Assembly: GCA_044376115.1 (NCBI GenBank)
Contig: JBILLK010000001.1
Location: 1-64,000 of the forward strand
Direction of reading: 5' to 3'
Source of the DNA: Polyangiaceae bacterium
Lineage (GTDB): Bacteria > Myxococcota_A > Polyangia > Polyangiales > Polyangiaceae
DNA: 64,000 nt
Translations under genes and position numbers: made by a program
Notes under the pieces: model-generated
Databases searched by the model: none
Told to the model about the DNA's origin: nothing
The model's input: only the letters and a program-made list of their open reading frames with translations
In this document: positions 8,125-17,790 of the stretch, in pieces
Numbering within the stretch: the first letter of the stretch is position 1
Layout: each line of letters begins with the position of its first letter

Positions 8125-11100
8125 ATGTCGCGAGCTGAGTCCAAGCTTCCGCTCTCGCCGCTGCTGCTCTCGTTCTTGTGCGTCGGAGCCAACGGCCTAG
8201 CTGGGATCGCTGCCGATACCGTCTTCCTCTCTACCTTCTCCCTGGGAGAGCTATCGAGGTTGATCGGCGTTTCTGCGGCGATTCGAGTCATCCTAGCGTT
8301 CGCCTACGCAGGCGTTAGCAGCCGACTCGAGCAACGCCGCGGGCCTTCGTCGGTGGTCGACTTTGGCGTGGTCATCAGCACCTTGGGCCTCGCGGTGATC
8401 GGCGCGCTCGCGCTGGGATCATCCGCGCGCGCGGTTCACTACGCGGTCTGTTTACTCGCACTGACGCTGCCTTCCCTGCTTCCGTTGGTCGCCTTTAACG
8501 CCATTACCGACGGGCTCGATGCGCGGCACGCCAAGCGCCTACTCCCTCTCGTCGCAGCAGCTGCGACAGTAGGCGCCATCGGGATTGGCGCTGTTGCAGG
8601 CCCGATCGCGAGGCTCGCTGGGCCCGCTGGGCTCTTCTGGACGCTCGCCCTAATCAGCGCGGCTGTATTGCCGACCTTGCGCATAGCCAGCCACCGCGCT
8701 CCGCACGGCGCGCGACCGACCGACAGCCTCGCGGCTCCAGTCAATGCAAGCACCGCGCTGCGAACGCAAGCAGTCCGCGTGGTCGTGGGCTTTGCATTGT
8801 TCGGCAGCATGGCAACGTCGTTCGTCGACTTCGCCTTCAAGGCAGCGTTGAAAGCGCGCTACGAGGGCGCCGAACTAACGGAGGCGCTGGGCGTTTTTGC
8901 GTTGGTCTCCAACGTGCTCGTGCTGCTCTTGCAGCTATTCGGGACGGGCCGAATCGTCGCGCGGCTCGGTGTAGGCCGGGCGATCTTGGTCGGACCGATG
9001 GTGCTCGCAGCCTTATCGGCGGTTGCGTTCGCACTGCCCGCGCTTCTCGGCGCTTCACTGACCCGCTTGGGAGAGCTGGTCGTGCGGTACGGCGTTGGTA
9101 ACTCGTTGCTCGACGTCCTGCTGGTTCCGCTCAAGCGTGCGCTCCGCAGTCGCGCCAAGGTCTTGGTCAAGGGCATTGCCTCTCCCGCAGGAGCCGTCGT
9201 TGCGGGCCTCGTGCTTTCACTGTTTGGGGAGCAAGGGCCACCTTACGCGGCACAAGTCGGCTTTGTCTTGTGTACAGCCTTCGCCCTCTACCTTGTCGTT
9301 CGCACAGCGCCAGCGGCGTATGCAGAGGTATTGACCCAAGCCCTGGCCAAGGACCGTACTCAGCTCGAGGTAAGTCCCGAGGCTGCGCTGGTCTTTCGCT
9401 CGTCCCTACGAGGAGAGCTCGAGCGCTTCGTCGAAGCAGGAAACGCGGAGAAGGCTGAGCACACGTTGGAGCTGATGACCGACCGCTTCTTCACCGTCGC
9501 GGACGTGGCCCCCACCTTTTGGTCGGCGCACGAGCCTACCCGCCGTGCAGGAGTACTGACCGCCCTTCGCCTGCTTGGACCAGAAGCGGGCGAGGAGCTC
9601 TTGCAACACGCCCCGCCAGACGACTCGGCCGAACTCGAGGCGCTGATCCTTCGCAGCGCCCGCGAGCGCAACGGCCTAGCCAACGACGCACGTCTGCGTG
9701 CAGCGCTCAACCGGGCGGGCTCAGAGTACGGGCCCTTGTTTGTAGAGGCTTCTCTCTGCGCGTGTTTGCGAGCGCGGGAGCGACTTGCTCAGGGCGGAAA
9801 AGAAGCACAAACGCGGCTGGATTTGCATTTGAAGGCGCTACGCAAGGTGGTGCGCGACGGCGAGCCCGCGCAACAAGCGGCGGCCCTCGAAGGCTTGGGC
9901 GTACTCGGAGATCGGCGAGCCGAGCGAGATGTGCTTCAAGCCATGAGTTCGAGGGAACGCGCGGTGTTTCGTGAAGCCGCGCGCGCGTCCATCTTGCTCG
10001 ACGCCCCTGGCGCTGTGGGCTCGCTGATCAGCAGACTCACTGCAGGTCCCTTCGCCGGGGAGGCTACGCGCGCCCTGGCGCTAGCCGGCCCTCGTGCGGT
10101 CGGCGAGTTGGTGCTCGCGTTGCCCTTCTCCAGCGGCGAGGGCGCGATTGCCGCAACCGCGGTCGCGGAGAGCCGTACGATGTCGGGATCGGTTCGCGCG
10201 GCTCGAGCGCTCGCCCGCATCGGGGACGCAGCTGCGCGCTCGGTGCTACCGCGGTTCGGTGAGATTGGGCATCGCGCACGAATGGCGTTGGCGCGCGCGC
10301 TTGGACTGCGCAAGACAGAACTCCCGCGCGAGGAGCGTGAACAGGTCTTTCACGCCATCCGAATCATTCGCAGCTACGGTGCTGAGCTTCTGCTCCAGCG
10401 CCGTGAGTCCACACCCGAGCTGCTTCGCTCCGAGCTCGAGCGGAGGCTGTTCGATAGCGTAACGGCGATCTTGGATCTGATGCGTGCGCTGGGCCAACGA
10501 ACGGCGATTGAGCGAGCGCGAGTGGCCCTCCGCGACGAGAATACGCGAGCGAACGCCCTCGAGTTCGTCGAGACGGTACTCCCAGCGCCGCTCGGCACGG
10601 AGGTATCCGAGTTCATCGCCAAGGTGACTGGGGTCCGTGAATCACCGAGAAACTCTACGCAGCGCGCACTCGAAGGTTGGCTCGACAAAGTTTCAAAATA
10701 CTGCAACCAGGAACTACCCTCGAGCGAACCAATGGCCAGCGTTCTCGATCGCGTCGTGTTGCTCAAGCAAGTGGGGCTCTTCCAATCGCTTTCCGGTGAA
10801 GAGCTCTATCCCGTCGCTGAGATCGCCACGCTCGAGACGTTCGTTGAAGGCCAACGTGTGGTCGAGCAGGGAGCAAGCTCCGACGCGCTGTTTGTGGTGG
10901 TAAGCGGCGCGCTCGAGGTGATCAAAGATGGCCAAGCCACCGGCGTGCTCGGTCCCAAACAGACCTTCGGTGAGCTTGGCGTGCTGGACGCTGCGCCGCG
11001 CGCAGCCACCGTCGAAGCGCGGTCAACTTGCGAGCTGTTGCGGGTTCCACGCGAGGAACTCGAGGCGCTGCTAGACGAATCTCCCGAGCTTTCGAAAGCG

Positions 11101-11154
11101 ATCATTCGTACGCTGCTCAGCTACCTACGTACTCCCCAATCCCCTCGAGGCTAG
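8125..11154 (+). CDS. MFS/NTT-like transporter - HEAT repeat - cyclic-nucleotide-binding domain protein
   Basis: An N-terminal multi-TM region (AKRLLPLV, RAKVLV), a central Ala/Leu/Arg helical repeat region and a C-terminal cNMP domain (FGELGVLD..PRAATV). Confidence 0.75.
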   Translation: MSRAESKLPLSPLLLSFLCVGANGLAGIAADTVFLSTFSLGELSRLIGVSAAIRVILAFAYAGVSSRLEQRRGPSSVVDFGVVISTLGLAVIGALALGSSARAVHYAVCLLALTLPSLLPLVAFNAITDGLDARHAKRLLPLVAAAATVGAIGIGAVAGPIARLAGPAGLFWTLALISAAVLPTLRIASHRAPHGARPTDSLAAPVNASTALRTQAVRVVVGFALFGSMATSFVDFAFKAALKARYEGAELTEALGVFALVSNVLVLLLQLFGTGRIVARLGVGRAILVGPMVLAALSAVAFALPALLGASLTRLGELVVRYGVGNSLLDVLLVPLKRALRSRAKVLVKGIASPAGAVVAGLVLSLFGEQGPPYAAQVGFVLCTAFALYLVVRTAPAAYAEVLTQALAKDRTQLEVSPEAALVFRSSLRGELERFVEAGNAEKAEHTLELMTDRFFTVADVAPTFWSAHEPTRRAGVLTALRLLGPEAGEELLQHAPPDDSAELEALILRSARERNGLANDARLRAALNRAGSEYGPLFVEASLCACLRARERLAQGGKEAQTRLDLHLKALRKVVRDGEPAQQAAALEGLGVLGDRRAERDVLQAMSSRERAVFREAARASILLDAPGAVGSLISRLTAGPFAGEATRALALAGPRAVGELVLALPFSSGEGAIAATAVAESRTMSGSVRAARALARIGDAAARSVLPRFGEIGHRARMALARALGLRKTELPREEREQVFHAIRIIRSYGAELLLQRRESTPELLRSELERRLFDSVTAILDLMRALGQRTAIERARVALRDENTRANALEFVETVLPAPLGTEVSEFIAKVTGVRESPRNSTQRALEGWLDKVSKYCNQELPSSEPMASVLDRVVLLKQVGLFQSLSGEELYPVAEIATLETFVEGQRVVEQGASSDALFVVVSGALEVIKDGQATGVLGPKQTFGELGVLDAAPRAATVEARSTCELLRVPREELEALLDESPELSKAIIRTLLSYLRTPQSPRG

Positions 11155-11156
11155 TC

Positions 11157-12641
11157 ATGTTCGAATCCGCTGAACTGGGTCACGCAATCTCCAAGCAGGT
11201 GTTCGAGGTCGAAGAACCCAAGATGCGAGAGAAGCTGCTGAACGTTCAGTATGAACTGCTGGAGAAGGCAGCCTGTTCTGTCGTGCTCGTGCTCGGAGGT
11301 GTGGACGGAGCCGGCAAAGGCGAGGTCGTCAACCTTCTGCACGAGTGGATGGACGCGCGGCACATCACCACGCACGCGCTCGAGGCGCCAACCGATGAGG
11401 AACGTGATCGCCCATCGATGTATCGCTTTTGGTCGCGCCTCCCGCCACGCGGCAAAATGGCCATGTTCGTAGGCTCTTGGTACACGGCTCCAATCATCAA
11501 CCGTGTGTACGGCAACACCACCGCCGCAGAGTTCGCACGGTCCCTGGACGACATTACCCACTTCGAGGCCATGCTCTCGAACGAGCGCGTGCTCGTGATC
11601 AAGATCTGGTTGCACCTGTCGAAGCGCGATCAGCGATCGCGTTTCAAGGAATTGTCCGCCGATCCCAAGACGGCCTGGCGCGTAACCAAGCTCGATTGGG
11701 AGCACTTCGAGATCTACGATCGCTTCCGCAAGCAATCGGAACGAGCGCTGCGAGCGACCTCGACGGGCGCTGCGCCTTGGCACGTGATCGAGTCGACCGA
11801 TGAGGAGTACCGTGCGCTCTCGGTCGGCCAGATCATCCACGACGCGATCCGCAAGCGCATCGACGATCCGGTCCTCAACAGTCAGATTCACGCGCCAGCG
11901 CTGCTCGAGGCGATCGACAACCGGACGCTGCTGGGTTCGCTCGACCTCTCCAAGACGCTGGACAAGGAGAGCTACGAGAGCCGGCTGGCCGATCTGCAAG
12001 CGCGCTTGAACAAGGTCTCACGCAGGCGCTCCTTCCAGAAACGCAACGTCGTCCTCGTGTTCGAAGGAGCCGACGCAGCAGGGAAAGGTGGGGCGATTCG
12101 CCGAATAACGGCGGCGCTCGACGCACGGCAGTACCGCGTTACGCCCATCGCCGCACCAACCGATGAGGAGCGCGCACGGCCGTACCTCTGGCGTTTCTGG
12201 CGCAACCTCCCACGCAAAGGTCACTTTGGCATCTTTGATCGCTCCTGGTACGGGCGCGTGCTGGTTGAGCGCATCGAGAAGTTCTGCGACGAAGATGACT
12301 GGATGCGCGCCTACGGAGAGATCAACGACTTCGAAGAGGGCCTCGCCGAAGCCGGAGCGATCATTGTGAAGTTCTGGCTCCACATCAGCCCCGAGGAGCA
12401 ACTCAAGCGCTTCACCGAACGGCAGGAGACGGCCTTCAAACGCTTCAAGATCGGCCCGGAGGATTGGCGCAATCGCGAGAAGGCTGACGCTTATCGCGTC
12501 GCTGGATCGGAGATGATTGATCGCACCAGCACCGAGTTTGCCCCCTGGACGATCGTCGAGGCGAACGACAAGCGTTACGCACGCATCAAGGTGCTTCGAA
12601 CGCTGGTCGAGCGCCTCGAGTCCGAACTCAGCGACAGCTGA
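11157..12641 (+). CDS. pap: Polyphosphate:AMP phosphotransferase (two-domain PPK2)
   Basis: Starts MFESAELGH. Two PPK2 domains are present: GVDGAGKG and EGADAAGKGG, with FDRSWYGRVLVER. Confidence 0.92.
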   Translation: MFESAELGHAISKQVFEVEEPKMREKLLNVQYELLEKAACSVVLVLGGVDGAGKGEVVNLLHEWMDARHITTHALEAPTDEERDRPSMYRFWSRLPPRGKMAMFVGSWYTAPIINRVYGNTTAAEFARSLDDITHFEAMLSNERVLVIKIWLHLSKRDQRSRFKELSADPKTAWRVTKLDWEHFEIYDRFRKQSERALRATSTGAAPWHVIESTDEEYRALSVGQIIHDAIRKRIDDPVLNSQIHAPALLEAIDNRTLLGSLDLSKTLDKESYESRLADLQARLNKVSRRRSFQKRNVVLVFEGADAAGKGGAIRRITAALDARQYRVTPIAAPTDEERARPYLWRFWRNLPRKGHFGIFDRSWYGRVLVERIEKFCDEDDWMRAYGEINDFEEGLAEAGAIIVKFWLHISPEEQLKRFTERQETAFKRFKIGPEDWRNREKADAYRVAGSEMIDRTSTEFAPWTIVEANDKRYARIKVLRTLVERLESELSDS

Positions 12642-12644
12642 GCC

Positions 12645-12920
12645 TCAGAAGTTCTCCACTGATTTCGTGAGCTCATGAACGAAGTGGAGACGAGGGCGGA
12701 TCAGGAGCAGTCGCGTGGACGCTGGTCGAACTCGCAGAATCGCGATGTTGGAATCGAGTTCACCGCCGAGCAGATCGTCGTCGCCGAACTCGACGGCGTA
12801 GCTGGACTCCGTGGCGGTCGTACTGAAACCAGCCTCCTCCTCCTCGGCCGCGGCGAGTGAAGGAGATAGCAGGGCCAAACCAACGAACGGTGCAATGAGC
12901 AGCTTGAGCGCGTTGTTCAT
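12645..12920 (-). CDS. Small secreted protein, CglF/GltF-like
   Basis: Signal peptide, an FxDDxL acidic motif and the C-terminus LIRPRLHFVHELTKSVENF, which resembles the myxobacterial CglF/GltF end (from recall). Confidence 0.55.
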   Translation of the reverse strand: MNNALKLLIAPFVGLALLSPSLAAAEEEEAGFSTTATESSYAVEFGDDDLLGGELDSNIAILRVRPASTRLLLIRPRLHFVHELTKSVENF

Positions 12921-12961
12921 AATCGTGAAACAACCACCGCTCGCCAAGCTTGGGTCGGAAG

Positions 12962-13951
12962 TTAGAGACGCATGAGCGAGGGGAGGTCTTGCTCGAGCAG
13001 TGCCCCCAAGCCCGCCGCTGCTCGATTGGGATCGATCATCACGTTGAGCGTCACGACCGAGCGCGTACCGGCGGCCACCGGCTCGGAGGTGTCGTGCAAC
13101 CCGAGCAGTTTGCCCAACGTCGACTGACCAATCTCCTGCCAGCTCGTGCGGACCAGGTCCGCGGCCTTGGAGCCGTCCTCGCCGAAATCACCGAGCACCG
13201 CAAAGCTTAGTCGCACCGCCTCGGTGGCCGCCGGGCTCGCCGACACCGCCACCACGTCAGCGACCTCGAGCAAGCCGTGAACGCCCTTCTTCCACTCCTC
13301 ACCGAAGGGTCCAGGCGCGACGGCGATCAGCGGAGCATCGCCAAAACGCTCCACCACCGAAGCGAGCAGCGCGTCTTCGTGCAAAGGCTTCGCCTTGGTC
13401 ATCTTCCCAGTGGCGTACAAAGCGGCGATGCGAGCAACGCCGTCGCCGCTGGGCGTCTCATCGTAGACGGCGATGTCACGGCCCACCAACGTAAGCCCGG
13501 CCACCTTCTTTCCCACAGTACCGTGGAGCCGAATCACCTCGGGATGGTCCACTCGACGCTCGGCGTCTTTGGTCAGCCGCTCGAGGAAGCGTTGCTCGAG
13601 CACCGCTGGGTCCGCGTTGTGTCGAACCAGCTGCGCTTGGGAACCGCTCAACGGCTCGCCGTATGAAACGAAGAGCGCCTCTGTCACCTGCCGCGGATCA
13701 AAGCCGAGGCGCTTCTGCAACGCTGCTTGGTTGGTCTCCGGCACGATGCGCGCGAGCGCCGGGATCAGCCAGGCGATCTCGGCGATGGCGCGCGGCTTGG
13801 CGCGCACCACCCACTCGAGTCCTGCAATCGGGATCAGCTCATCGAGCTCCTTGGGTCCGAGCGGATTGGGCGGCGGAATCGCCGGGACCTTTGGCTCGGT
13901 GTCACACGCCGCGAGCACCAACAGCGAGAGCAAGGCGTCGCGACGGTTCAC
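12962..13951 (-). CDS. Hypothetical lipoprotein
   Basis: Signal MNRRDALLSLLVLAAC (twin-Arg-like, with lipobox). It lies 1 bp downstream of the tyrS stop. Confidence 0.7.
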   Translation of the reverse strand: MNRRDALLSLLVLAACDTEPKVPAIPPPNPLGPKELDELIPIAGLEWVVRAKPRAIAEIAWLIPALARIVPETNQAALQKRLGFDPRQVTEALFVSYGEPLSGSQAQLVRHNADPAVLEQRFLERLTKDAERRVDHPEVIRLHGTVGKKVAGLTLVGRDIAVYDETPSGDGVARIAALYATGKMTKAKPLHEDALLASVVERFGDAPLIAVAPGPFGEEWKKGVHGLLEVADVVAVSASPAATEAVRLSFAVLGDFGEDGSKAADLVRTSWQEIGQSTLGKLLGLHDTSEPVAAGTRSVVTLNVMIDPNRAAAGLGALLEQDLPSLMRL

Positions 13952-13952
13952 C

Positions 13953-15185
13953 TCAGGTCACCTTCAGATAAGCGAAGCGCCGGTTCTTCGACCCTACACG
14001 CACCAGGTAGCGCTTACCGGCCTCGAGCTTTTGCTGAGCGTTCTCCTTCTCGACCCGCTCCCCATCGAGCTGCACGCCCCCTTGCTGAATGAGCCGCAAG
14101 CCCTCCGATGAGGACTTGACCAAGCCAGCAACGGAGAGCGCCTTCGATAGCGGGATCACCCCGCCGTCAGCCTGGAGTGCGAACTCTTCAATATCGGTTG
14201 GCAGGCCACCTTGAGCCACCTCCCGTCGCCGCACCAACGCCTGCTCGGCCGCCGCTTTGCCGTGGAAGCGCTCGACAATCTCGAGAGCAAAGGCCTCTTT
14301 GACGGCCGTTACGGCCTGGGAACCACTCTCGACCTCACGCTTCTGCTCGCTGATCTCGGCGATCGGTCGCGCTGAAAGCAACTCGAGATAACGCCAGATG
14401 ACGGCGTCATCGATCAGCAGCAGCTTTTGCAACATCTCGAACGGTGGCTCGTTGATGCCGATCGTGTTGTTGGCGCTCTTCGACATCTTGGCGCCTACGA
14501 TCTTGCCGTCGACGAGCCGCGCGTCGGTGCCCTCGAGGATGGGCGTGGTGATCACGATCTGCGGCCGTTTGCCGTATTTGGGCATCAGATCACGCCCGAC
14601 CATGAGGTTGAACAGTTGGTCCGTACCCCCCAGCTCGACGTCACACTCGAGCGCTACGGAGTCATAGGCCTGCATCAGCGGATACAGAAACTCATGGAGG
14701 TGAATGGCTCGATTCTCACGATGCCGCTTGGCGAAGTCGTCGCGTTCGAGCATGCGCGCGACGGTGTGCTTGGCACAAAGTTCAATCACGTCGGAGGGGC
14801 TGAGCGCGTCCAGCCACTCAGCGTTGTAACGAACGACGGTTCGCTGCTTGTCGAGGATCTTGAAGGCTTGCTCGGTGTAGGTTTCGGCGGCCGCCCGAAC
14901 GTCCTCACGACTCAGTCTTGGCCGCGATTCATTCTTGCCGGTGGGATCACCGATCATGGCGGTGAAGTCACCGACCAGGAACACAACCTCGTGACCGAGT
15001 TCCTGGAATTGACGCATTTTCTGCATCAACACCGTGTGACCGAGGTGCAGATCCGGGCGAGTAGGGTCAAATCCCGCCTTGATGCGCATCGGCTTTCCGC
15101 TCTGGAGGCGCTCGCGCAGGTCAGCCGCGGTGTGAAGGTCAACGACCCCTCGAGCGAGCTCCGCGAATACTTCGTCAGTCGACAT
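13953..15185 (-). CDS. tyrS: Tyrosine--tRNA ligase
   Basis: GFDPTRPDLHLGH (HIGH), GGTDQLFN, KMSKS and a C-terminal S4 domain. Confidence 0.97.
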   Translation of the reverse strand: MSTDEVFAELARGVVDLHTAADLRERLQSGKPMRIKAGFDPTRPDLHLGHTVLMQKMRQFQELGHEVVFLVGDFTAMIGDPTGKNESRPRLSREDVRAAAETYTEQAFKILDKQRTVVRYNAEWLDALSPSDVIELCAKHTVARMLERDDFAKRHRENRAIHLHEFLYPLMQAYDSVALECDVELGGTDQLFNLMVGRDLMPKYGKRPQIVITTPILEGTDARLVDGKIVGAKMSKSANNTIGINEPPFEMLQKLLLIDDAVIWRYLELLSARPIAEISEQKREVESGSQAVTAVKEAFALEIVERFHGKAAAEQALVRRREVAQGGLPTDIEEFALQADGGVIPLSKALSVAGLVKSSSEGLRLIQQGGVQLDGERVEKENAQQKLEAGKRYLVRVGSKNRRFAYLKVT

Positions 15186-15234
15186 GATTGTCTCTTATCC
15201 GCACCTCTCATCGAGGGGCAAGGTGAGACAACGG

Positions 15235-15546
15235 TCAGTCGTCGTTGCCGTCAGTCAGAGGGAACTTCTTGCTCTCATCGACGATTTCACGAAGTTCCTT
15301 GCCAACCTTGAAGAAGGGCAAGCGCTTGGCCTCGACGCTGACCGCCTCACCAGTGCGAGGGTTGCGCCCCGCGTAGGGCTTGTACGGCCGCACAGTAAAG
15401 CTTCCAAAGCCTCTGATCTCGATGCCTTCACCGCGCTCAAGAGCGTTGGTCATGCTGTCGAATACGCAGTTCACGACGAGCTCGGCGCGCGCCTTTGTGA
15501 GAGATCCTCGTGCGGCAATCTTGTCGATCAGCTCGCTCTTGGTCAT
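15235..15546 (-). CDS. ihfB: Integration host factor beta / HU-family DNA-binding protein
   Basis: MTKSELI...IEIRGFGSF...GRNPRTG...PFFKVGKELRE. Confidence 0.88.
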   Translation of the reverse strand: MTKSELIDKIAARGSLTKARAELVVNCVFDSMTNALERGEGIEIRGFGSFTVRPYKPYAGRNPRTGEAVSVEAKRLPFFKVGKELREIVDESKKFPLTDGNDD

Positions 15547-15651
15547 GGTGACCCCCTATCTAAGCCGTCAGGTGTGCCACGAGGGAGCTTACTGGGTCAA
15601 TCCCGGAATTTGCTCCGCGAACTGCGCCGCACGCTCTACGACACCAAACCG

Positions 15652-17715
15652 CTAGAGAACCTCAAGACTTACGAGCGTGGGACCAATCTTCGGCGGAGCG
15701 CTTGAGATGTGACGCAGCGTTAGCTTTAGCGGCCCCGTTGTGTGACGTTCAAGCAGCACGCCTCGGCTCGCCAAGGAACCGCTCGTGCCGCTCGTGAGCG
15801 CTTCGCCATCCCAGCGCGCAATCACCTCATCCGCCTGCGAAATCACGAGCTCCCACGCTCCGTCACTCGAAGTGACCACGGGGGCGATGCGCTGCCCGAG
15901 CAGTCCAAGCGGAAGCGCAAACTGGAACTCGCTACCGGCCTCGGTACGACTTGGGGTCAAGGCGAAGGGGCACGCGGGATTAGGAGATGATTCGGTCGCT
16001 ATGAAACCGCCGGACTGCGAGAGCGGAGGCCACAGGCTGGAGCCGCACAGCGAAGAAGCATTGCGCGGCCGAAACGGCTGCACCTCGACCTGTCCCGTGC
16101 GCGCGTCGAAGTGATGCAGAAACGCTGGCACGTTACCGGTGGCTTGCAGCGCGAGCCCATCGCTCAGGTCGCCTCGATAGCGAGCGAACTCGAGCTCGCC
16201 TTCCGATGCGCGCGCGCCAGGCCGGTAAGCCAGCCCAAAGCCGTGATCGGTATCAACGAAGACCACGGCGGGTGCTTGCACTTGCGCCACGTCTTGCTCG
16301 AGGAACATCGGGCGACCGCCTTCGCGATCACGCAACAGCTCATGGTCCGTGTGCGCGTTCAACCCGAACAGCGCAAGCGATGCAGCTGGAAGGAGACGGA
16401 CAAGCCGCTCGCAGGTTGGCCAGCGACGCCCAAGTTCCGCCCAACCAACCACGCCGCAGATCATCTCGCAAGGCAGCGCCTCACTGAAGAAGCGCGCACC
16501 TCCAGCCGGGTAGTTGCCGTCGAAATAGAATGGGCAGTACGCGACCACCAACACAATGGGCAATAACGCGAGCGGGCGCAGCCTGGCACAGCGCACCATA
16601 GCGACTACCACGCCTATCAGCAGTAGCAGCCCGAGCAACTCGTCGTTGAGCGGGTCTTGCAAATGCAACAGCAAGCGACGCGCAGTCGTCTTTATAGCGG
16701 CAACAAGGCCGTAGCCGTTTGACAAGTTGTGCCGAACGAAGTCTCCGTGCTCATTCAAACAACCAATGTCTTGGCCAAACCCGTAGCGGAAGCAACCAGC
16801 CGGACCATCACTAGCTGCATAATAATGCAGCTGCGAAGATTCAAAGAACTGGCCAGTTACCGCGCGCTGATGCAGGGCCATGAGCAGCACCCCAGGCGCC
16901 ATTCCGACGAGTACGCCAAACAGCGAGGAGGCCTTCCATTGCCTGGCAGGCAGGGCACGCACGACCAACAGCACCACCATCGCTGCGCTAGCGATCGCCG
17001 TTACCGGCCGAGTTGCGAGCAGTAGACCCAACGCAGCGCCAACCAATAGCGTGTAGCCGATTCCACCGCGCTCGCACCAACGGAAGGCTGCGGCCAATGC
17101 GACACACAAAAGCAAACAGCTAAGCCCGTGCGACATGGTGTCGGCGGTGTGGTAGCGCAAACAGCCGCTGACCACTGAGAGCAAGACAATCACCCGAAGC
17201 GTCCGTTCACGCGATGGCACGTCGCTGGGCATGGCCGCGTCGGCGAGCCAAGCGGTGGCAAGGGTCAATAGTGCTGCCAAGGCGGGACCCACCGCGAGCG
17301 GCGCTCCCACCCAAAATCCAATCGCGAGTACAGCGGGGTAACCAGGCGGAAAGATGCCTCCGATCTGGCTGCCGTCGGCCAGCGTATCGCGCACGAGAAA
17401 GCGCCCAGCGACGCGACTTGCGGGCTCACCGACCTGCCAAGCGAGCTCGCCATCTGCAAACGCTCGGGCCTGTAGATAGTAGGTGGTCGCGTCGATGATG
17501 CGTGGCCCGCCGCGCAAGTAGGCGACCACGTAGCCGGCGCTCAGCAGGGCACTTGCAAAAGCTGCCAACAGCACGAACAGACGTCGCGAAATGAGCGGGG
17601 CGCTCTCTTGCTTCCACGCTACGAGCGCCAGCACGAACCCGAGACAGACGGCCGTACCAGCGATTGCGTCCTGAGGAAGCGAGAAGTTGAACGGCAAGTC
17701 CCGACTGTGTAGCAA
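15652..17715 (-). CDS. Polytopic membrane protein, GT-C glycosyltransferase-like
   Basis: Many TM helices, IIDATTYYLQARAFA in the first loop, FPPGYPAVLA, TRP and GARF motifs. The start is approximate. Confidence 0.6.
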   Translation of the reverse strand: MLHSRDLPFNFSLPQDAIAGTAVCLGFVLALVAWKQESAPLISRRLFVLLAAFASALLSAGYVVAYLRGGPRIIDATTYYLQARAFADGELAWQVGEPASRVAGRFLVRDTLADGSQIGGIFPPGYPAVLAIGFWVGAPLAVGPALAALLTLATAWLADAAMPSDVPSRERTLRVIVLLSVVSGCLRYHTADTMSHGLSCLLLCVALAAAFRWCERGGIGYTLLVGAALGLLLATRPVTAIASAAMVVLLVVRALPARQWKASSLFGVLVGMAPGVLLMALHQRAVTGQFFESSQLHYYAASDGPAGCFRYGFGQDIGCLNEHGDFVRHNLSNGYGLVAAIKTTARRLLLHLQDPLNDELLGLLLLIGVVVAMVRCARLRPLALLPIVLVVAYCPFYFDGNYPAGGARFFSEALPCEMICGVVGWAELGRRWPTCERLVRLLPAASLALFGLNAHTDHELLRDREGGRPMFLEQDVAQVQAPAVVFVDTDHGFGLAYRPGARASEGELEFARYRGDLSDGLALQATGNVPAFLHHFDARTGQVEVQPFRPRNASSLCGSSLWPPLSQSGGFIATESSPNPACPFALTPSRTEAGSEFQFALPLGLLGQRIAPVVTSSDGAWELVISQADEVIARWDGEALTSGTSGSLASRGVLLERHTTGPLKLTLRHISSAPPKIGPTLVSLEVL

Positions 17716-17790
17716 GCCGCGCGCTGCGACGCCGAACTTTGTTACGCGGTCATGCTGTTATGAACAGCACCGCTGCACTGTAAAAGGCAA

